Below the pieces are notes generated by a model that was not told the origin of the DNA, did not search any database, and saw only the letters and a program-made list of their open reading frames with translations. The position numbers and the translations under genes were made by a program. From the NCBI GenBank assembly GCA_018268255.1, contig JAFDWX010000008.1, positions 27,269-91,268 on the forward strand: a DNA stretch of 64,000 bases. The letters are read 5' to 3'. This DNA comes from Armatimonadota bacterium (GTDB lineage: Bacteria > Armatimonadota > Fimbriimonadia > Fimbriimonadales > Fimbriimonadaceae). Positions 58,951-64,000 of this stretch are shown in pieces. Numbering within the stretch: position 1 is the first letter of the stretch; every line of letters begins with the position of its first letter.

Positions 58951-59982
58951 ATGTCGCAAGATTGGCTTGTACTTCGCAATGCGCGTGGCAATAACCTTCA
59001 AGGAGTGGATGTGGCCATTCCGTTGGGGCTGTTTGTCTGCGTGACGGGAGTTAGCGGCAGTGGGAAAAGCACCCTCATCCAAGACACGCTGTTTCCTCGC
59101 CTGATGTACCAAGTCTATGGCACTCGCGGCGTGTGGGAACCCCATGACACCCTGGAAGGATTCGAGGATATTGATAAAGTTATCGATATCGATCAGTCCC
59201 CTATTGGTCGGACACCAAGGTCAAATCCCGCCACCTATACCGGCACGTTCGACATGATTCGCGAGTTGTTCGCCATGACTGCGGATGCCAAAATCCGCGG
59301 GTACAAAAACGGGCGGTTCAGCTTTAATGTCAAGGGCGGAAGGTGCGAAGCCTGTCGTGGCGACGGCATTATTAAGATCGAAATGCACTTCCTCCCTGAT
59401 GTGTACGTACCGTGCGAGGTATGCAAGGGGAAGCGCTATAACCGCGAGACTTTGGAGGTCAAGTACAAGGGCAAGAACATCTCTGAAGTTCTGGAGATGA
59501 CCATTGAGGATGCCTGCGAGTTCTTCAAACCTATTCCCAAGATTTACCGGAAGCTTGAAACCCTTCAGCAAGTCGGTTTGGGCTACATCCGCATGGGGCA
59601 ACCGGCTACCACTTTATCGGGTGGCGAGGCGCAGCGAATCAAACTTGCAGCCGAGTTGAGTAAGAGATCGACAGGCAATACGATCTACATTCTCGACGAA
59701 CCCACGACTGGGCTTCACTTCGAGGATGTGAGAAGGCTGCTCAAAGTCCTCCAAAAGCTGGTTGATCAGGGCAATACGGTGCTGGTCATCGAGCACAACC
59801 TGGATGTCATCAAATCCGCCGATTATTTGATCGATATGGGACCGGAAGGCGGCTCAGGCGGCGGAAGAGTGATAGCCGTGGGCACTCCAGAAGAGGTGGC
59901 CGAAAGCTCAACCAGCCATACCGGAAAATTTCTCAAGGAGATGTTCTCGAAAAGTCCCCTCACACTGGTGGGGCGCAACTAA
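58951..59982 (+). CDS. uvrA: excinuclease ABC subunit A, C-terminal ABC module, a separate ORF in the same frame 12 nt after the TAG
   Basis: It starts [42 protein letters not shown], which is the start of the second UvrA ABC module, and carries [12 protein letters not shown] and the CxxC zinc finger. The frame (position mod 3) is the same as the upstream ORF. Confidence 0.85.
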   Translation: MSQDWLVLRNARGNNLQGVDVAIPLGLFVCVTGVSGSGKSTLIQDTLFPRLMYQVYGTRGVWEPHDTLEGFEDIDKVIDIDQSPIGRTPRSNPATYTGTFDMIRELFAMTADAKIRGYKNGRFSFNVKGGRCEACRGDGIIKIEMHFLPDVYVPCEVCKGKRYNRETLEVKYKGKNISEVLEMTIEDACEFFKPIPKIYRKLETLQQVGLGYIRMGQPATTLSGGEAQRIKLAAELSKRSTGNTIYILDEPTTGLHFEDVRRLLKVLQKLVDQGNTVLVIEHNLDVIKSADYLIDMGPEGGSGGGRVIAVGTPEEVAESSTSHTGKFLKEMFSKSPLTLVGRN

Positions 59983-59988
59983 GACCGT

Positions 59989-60063
<75 letters not shown>

Positions 60064-60088
60064 GCTCGCAGTCCATTATAGCCTTAGA

Positions 60089-61135
60089 TCAATCTTCGAT
60101 GAGGTATTCGGAGATCAAAAGGGCGGTGTCCCGCACGGCAGAGATGTGCGTTCGCTCATAGCAGTGCGAATTGTCCACGCCGGGACCAATCAAGGCAACT
60201 TCTGCTCGACCACCCGTGCGCCAGTACATGCTGCCATCTGACCCATAGTACGGATAAACATCTGGTTTGAGTTCGATTCCGGCTCGGCTAGCGATCGCTC
60301 GGAGCTTCTCAGTCAATCTGCGGGAGTAGGGACCGCTCGAGTCCTTAACGCAGATGGAGCAGTGCATCTCGTCTCCGTTCTGACCGTCGCCCACGCACGC
60401 CATATCTAGGACCACGTATTCGTCTAGGTCATCCGGCAACCCATCCGCGCCGCCGTGTCCTACTTCCTCGTAGTTGCTGAACAAGATGTGCGTTCTTTGG
60501 ACCGGGTGAACACCTGCATCGGTAAGTGCTTTCAGTGCCGCGAGGACAGCGGCAACACACGCTTTGTCATCCAAGAATCGAGATCGGATGAAGCCAGAGT
60601 CTCCGATTTCCAGACGCGGGTCGAAGTACACAAAATCCCCGACCTCTATGCCCAAAAGCCGAGTTTCATCGGCTGAAGTCGTCGGTACGTCTAGCCGAAC
60701 TTCCAATGTTTCAGCATTGCGTGGGGCCGTTTTGACCGCAGAATTCACGTGAACCGCTCCGTTGTGTAGAACAAGGGAACCCCGAATCTGTCGGCCTTGC
60801 TGGGTTTGGACCCAAATTCCTTCGCTTTCAACGCTGTTCCACTCAAGGCCATTAAGTGCGGTGAGGCGAAGGCGGCCAGATGACTTGACTTCCGCCACCA
60901 TGGCACCGAGGGTGTCCAAGTGAGCCGTCAATGCCCGTGGCCGATCTTGCTGGAGACCCTCGAAATGGGCGATGAGCGCACCTTTCGTCGTTCGGAACGT
61001 GCGCAAACCCATCGAGTCAAGTTCCTGCTCCACGAAGCTGATCGCCCATTCCGTATCGCCAGTTGGGCTTGGTGTATTGATCAGATCCTCAAGGATCCGC
61101 TTCAGGTAGTCGTCGTTGATCGAGAATCGGGCCAT
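60089..61135 (-). CDS. M42-family metallo-aminopeptidase (FrvX/CelM-like)
   Basis: The metal ligand pattern is TAHLDTLG, FSNYEEVGHGGA, and a C-terminal GPGVDNSHCYERTHI. Confidence 0.65.
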   Translation of the reverse strand: MARFSINDDYLKRILEDLINTPSPTGDTEWAISFVEQELDSMGLRTFRTTKGALIAHFEGLQQDRPRALTAHLDTLGAMVAEVKSSGRLRLTALNGLEWNSVESEGIWVQTQQGRQIRGSLVLHNGAVHVNSAVKTAPRNAETLEVRLDVPTTSADETRLLGIEVGDFVYFDPRLEIGDSGFIRSRFLDDKACVAAVLAALKALTDAGVHPVQRTHILFSNYEEVGHGGADGLPDDLDEYVVLDMACVGDGQNGDEMHCSICVKDSSGPYSRRLTEKLRAIASRAGIELKPDVYPYYGSDGSMYWRTGGRAEVALIGPGVDNSHCYERTHISAVRDTALLISEYLIED

Positions 61136-61240
61136 AAGTCTGCGGGCAGATTACCGCGCGTCCAAAATCCGGCGCGCGTCGCCCGATGCCGCGCCCTCGT
61201 ACCTCGCTCCGCTCAGGACTCCGCCCGCCGCGCCGCCGGA

Positions 61241-62632
61241 CTAAGGCTTTGTTGACTTCCGCCACGCCTCAAGACGCTTCCGCGCACCGTCTTCATCGTC
61301 CGGCGCGAGTTCTCCTTCGAGAACCAACTCGGTGAGGTAGGTTTTTGCGTTTCCAACTTCCGGTCCAGTCTCGATATTCAACACTTCCATGATCTGGTTG
61401 CCGGAGAGGGGAGATTCGAGAGCTTCTTTGGGAGTGACTTGCCGAACCGAGTCGACCTGTTCGCGGATATTTCTAAAATCGAGTTTGGGGGCGGTCGCTT
61501 TCTGGCCATTCTGGTCGGCCTCGCAGAGGAGAAGCAGGTCATCGATCCTACCGCCCATGTCCCGAATCAGGCGCCGGATAGCGGTTGCCGACCACTTTTC
61601 CGCACTCCCGATTCGCATGTGGTTTTTGACAAGGAGTTGGACAAAGTCGATGTCTCGATTGGCGAAGTGGAGTCGTTGCAGGACACGGCCCGCTATGGAG
61701 GCTCCCACCGCCTCGTGACCGAAAAATCGGATTCGGCCCTGGTCATCGACAAAACGGGTCGGTGGCTTCCCGATATCGTGAAACAGTGCGGCGAGCTTTA
61801 GGTCAGGGCGATCGGGTGGGCAGCTTTTCACAACCGCCAAGGTGTGGCCAAATACATCAAGGTGATGCCAATCCCCTTGGTTAACCCCGACCATGGCGTC
61901 CATCTCGGGCATGAATTCGGCAGTAAGTCCCAATTCCTGGAGATCGCGCAATGCCTCGTCGGCGTTCGGAAGGGCGAGCATTTTCATGAGTTCCTCGGTG
62001 ATTCGCTCGGGCGAGATCACCTTGAGACGCATCGCGTTTCGCCGAATCGATGGTTCAATCCCTTCCACGAATGAAAAGTGAAGTTTGTGCTTGAACCGGA
62101 CTGCCCGCAGCATACGGAGCGGGTCATCAAAGAATGTTGTATCGGGATCCAAAGGAGTGCGAAGAACTTCTGCCTTGAGATCATCGAGCCCCGTTTCAAG
62201 AGGGTCGAAAAGTTCTCCCGTGTGGAGGTTTCGCATCAGAGCGTTGACGGTGAAGTCGCGGCGCCTGGCGTCCTCGAAGAGGGTGGCAGGGCGCGTGTCA
62301 GGCTTTCGACTGTCTTCTGCGTAACTTTCGGCACGGGCTGAGGCAAGTTCGACAGGTTCTCCCAGAACCTGAAGCATGGCGGTCCCAAAGCGGGGATATA
62401 CGACAGGAGATATGGACGAAACGCCTCTTTCGAACAAGAACTGAGCGCACGCGAGAGCGTCGCCTTCCAAGGTGAGGTCGTAATCCTTAGGTGAGGTTCC
62501 AAAGAGCAACTCATCGCGCACAACGCCTCCGACCAGCCAAAGCTGGTTCTCGTATTGCGATCCACGAGTGGCTTCTCGTAGAACCTCAAGCGGCGTTGGC
62601 ATAGGAAGAATTGTACGTCTGACCCGGTCCAA
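61241..62632 (-). CDS. cca: CCA-adding tRNA nucleotidyltransferase with an HD domain
   Basis: A Pol-beta nucleotidyltransferase head (LWLVGGVVRDELLFGTSPKDYDLTLEG) and an HD motif (LFHDIGKP). Confidence 0.75.
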   Translation of the reverse strand: MDRVRRTILPMPTPLEVLREATRGSQYENQLWLVGGVVRDELLFGTSPKDYDLTLEGDALACAQFLFERGVSSISPVVYPRFGTAMLQVLGEPVELASARAESYAEDSRKPDTRPATLFEDARRRDFTVNALMRNLHTGELFDPLETGLDDLKAEVLRTPLDPDTTFFDDPLRMLRAVRFKHKLHFSFVEGIEPSIRRNAMRLKVISPERITEELMKMLALPNADEALRDLQELGLTAEFMPEMDAMVGVNQGDWHHLDVFGHTLAVVKSCPPDRPDLKLAALFHDIGKPPTRFVDDQGRIRFFGHEAVGASIAGRVLQRLHFANRDIDFVQLLVKNHMRIGSAEKWSATAIRRLIRDMGGRIDDLLLLCEADQNGQKATAPKLDFRNIREQVDSVRQVTPKEALESPLSGNQIMEVLNIETGPEVGNAKTYLTELVLEGELAPDDEDGARKRLEAWRKSTKP

Positions 62633-62658
62633 AGGTGTCGCCGGTAGAATAGTGTCTT

Positions 62659-63153
62659 ATGGCAGCGACCGAATTTTCATTCGATATTGTCAGCAAAGTG
62701 AACCAGCAGGAAGTTCGCAACGCGGTTGACCAAGCCCAAAAGGAACTGATGAATCGCTTCGATCTCAAGGGAACGAACAGTGAAATCTTGTTTGAAAAGG
62801 ACAAGATCACGCTCACCGCGGGCGATGAGGGGAAGCTCAAGCAGGTCAGAGACATTTTATTCAGCAAGCTCGTCAAGCGAGGCGTAGATGCTCGATGCAT
62901 TGAGTACGGAAAGGAAGAGCCAGCCACGGGTATGACGGTTAGGCAATCCGTAGACTTTACGAACGGGATTGCGATGGACAAGGCCAAAGCGCTGGCCAAG
63001 CAGATTAAAGATTCGGGGATCAAGGTAAACGCGCAGGTCCAAGGCGATCAACTCAGGGTCGCAGGCAAGAGCAAGGATGATCTGCAGAAGGCGATCAATT
63101 TCGTCAAAGGTCTCGACCTAGACTATCCGGTCGACTTTCAGAATTACCGATAA
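62659..63153 (+). CDS. yajQ: YajQ/UPF0234-family nucleotide (c-di-GMP)-binding protein
   Basis: Full-length match to the YajQ pattern (FSFDIVSKVNQQEVRNAVDQAQKEL...RFDLKG). Confidence 0.75.
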   Translation: MAATEFSFDIVSKVNQQEVRNAVDQAQKELMNRFDLKGTNSEILFEKDKITLTAGDEGKLKQVRDILFSKLVKRGVDARCIEYGKEEPATGMTVRQSVDFTNGIAMDKAKALAKQIKDSGIKVNAQVQGDQLRVAGKSKDDLQKAINFVKGLDLDYPVDFQNYR

Positions 63154-63160
63154 CTAACCC

Positions 63161-63808
63161 ATGGCACGTTCATATTTGGTGACATTTGATCTTGGAGGCG
63201 TGCTCGTGCGTGTCGCCCAACAATGGCATCAAGCAATCGCCAAATGCGGGCTTGCTCATTGTAAAGAAGAGGCGCTCCAAAGCAGATTGAGCTCTGCACC
63301 AGGATTCGATGCCTACCAAGCGGCGCGAATTACCGAAGATGAATATCTCGACGATTTGATGGGCTATCTGGGTCTAGGGTCCCGTGAAGAAGCTCTATTG
63401 GCCCACAATTCCATTCTGTTGGAGCCCTATCCTGGAACTCCGGAAATGGTCGAGACCTTGCACGCGATGGGTATCGACACTGCGTGCCTGAGCAATACCA
63501 ATGCTCCCCACTGGGTTGAAATGGGCGACCTTTCCAAGTACCCAGCCATCGCATCCCTCAAGCGGCCGGTGCTTTCCCACGTAATCCGAGCCGAAAAGCC
63601 GCATCCGGAGATCTATCGAATTTTTGAGGAGCAGACCGGATACGAAGCCGATCAGATTATCTTCTTTGACGATCTTTTGGATAATGTTGAAGGCGCCAAA
63701 CGCGCCGGATGGAACGCATTTAGAATAGACCCCTCCCTTGATACACCGCCCCAAATTTGGGACCATTTGGCGAAGTTTGGGATCGTGCAACCCAGTCAAG
63801 TAAAATAG
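63161..63808 (+). CDS. HAD-family hydrolase
   Basis: Motif I (VTFDLGGVL) and a C-terminal FFDD motif. Confidence 0.65.
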   Translation: MARSYLVTFDLGGVLVRVAQQWHQAIAKCGLAHCKEEALQSRLSSAPGFDAYQAARITEDEYLDDLMGYLGLGSREEALLAHNSILLEPYPGTPEMVETLHAMGIDTACLSNTNAPHWVEMGDLSKYPAIASLKRPVLSHVIRAEKPHPEIYRIFEEQTGYEADQIIFFDDLLDNVEGAKRAGWNAFRIDPSLDTPPQIWDHLAKFGIVQPSQVK

Positions 63809-63837
63809 CGGTATTGACCACCGCTGAAACAACCCGC

Positions 63838-64000
63838 ATGTCGTTCCTGGATGCGCTCCGGAACAAAATCCTTCTTGGCGATGGCGCGATCGGCACCCTC
63901 TTGGCGTCAAGAGGTTTCGACAAACAGCCGTACGATCTCGCTAACTTGCTCGATCCAAACCTGGTAGTGCAGGTCCATCGGGACTACCTGGAAGCAGGCT
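63838..64000 (+). CDS. homocysteine S-methyltransferase domain protein (metH-like), 3'-partial at the window end
   Basis: MSFLDALRNKILLGDGAIGTLLASRGF...VVQVHRDYLEAG matches the MetH/BHMT N-terminal domain. The ORF runs off the window. Confidence 0.65.
   Translation, partial: MSFLDALRNKILLGDGAIGTLLASRGFDKQPYDLANLLDPNLVVQVHRDYLEAG

Noticed and set aside
61150-61240. A GC-rich intergenic stretch with a cgcgcg...cgcgcg hairpin after cca, considered as a terminator.
   Set aside because: There is no U-tract on the transcribed (minus) strand. It may be a weak structural element, so it is not annotated.

Overview
This is a 64-kb stretch of a moderately GC-rich (roughly 55-58%) bacterial chromosome. 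The phylum cannot be determined from the sequence; PEP-CTERM, RND efflux, flotillin, several eukaryotic-like Ser/Thr kinases with FHA/vWA partners and a GH35 beta-galactosidase point to an environmental Gram-negative-type bacterium. Most of the window is ordinary chromosome. It carries four intact tRNAs (Val-CAC, Ser-TGA, Leu-CAA, Gly-CCC), rplU-rpmA, uvrA, cca, ada, nnr, an RND efflux pair, an ABC-F ATPase, an M42 peptidase, YajQ, a HAD hydrolase and the start of a metH-like gene. The clearly accessory stretch is about 2.4-10.5 kb. It holds a degraded phage/GTA-like tail remnant: an excisionase-type HTH, a tape-measure C-terminal fragment, a DUF2460 gene frameshifted at an A7 run, ImmA/IrrE peptidases and an N-truncated IS1-family transposase flanked by 13-bp direct repeats. 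It also holds an unknown gene paired with an XRE-HTH::ImmA-like fusion carrying HDxxH instead of HExxH, an intact tRNA-Val, a PD-(D/E)xK-like gene, a tyrosine integrase, and an inverted 5' half of a second tRNA-Val. Other oddities are a uvrA split into two ORFs by one in-frame TAG inside an expanded linker, an ARC/Mpa-type AAA ATPase with no visible Pup/proteasome partners, an FHA-FHA-vWA-GGDEF cluster, a DnaA paralog lacking domains I-II, a metallophosphoesterase::tetraheme-cytochrome fusion beside a DUF1573 protein, a split Aer-like PAS/MCP pair, and a ~550-bp gap with no convincing gene. No CRISPR array was seen. I recognised every family by eye from motifs; no database search was run.
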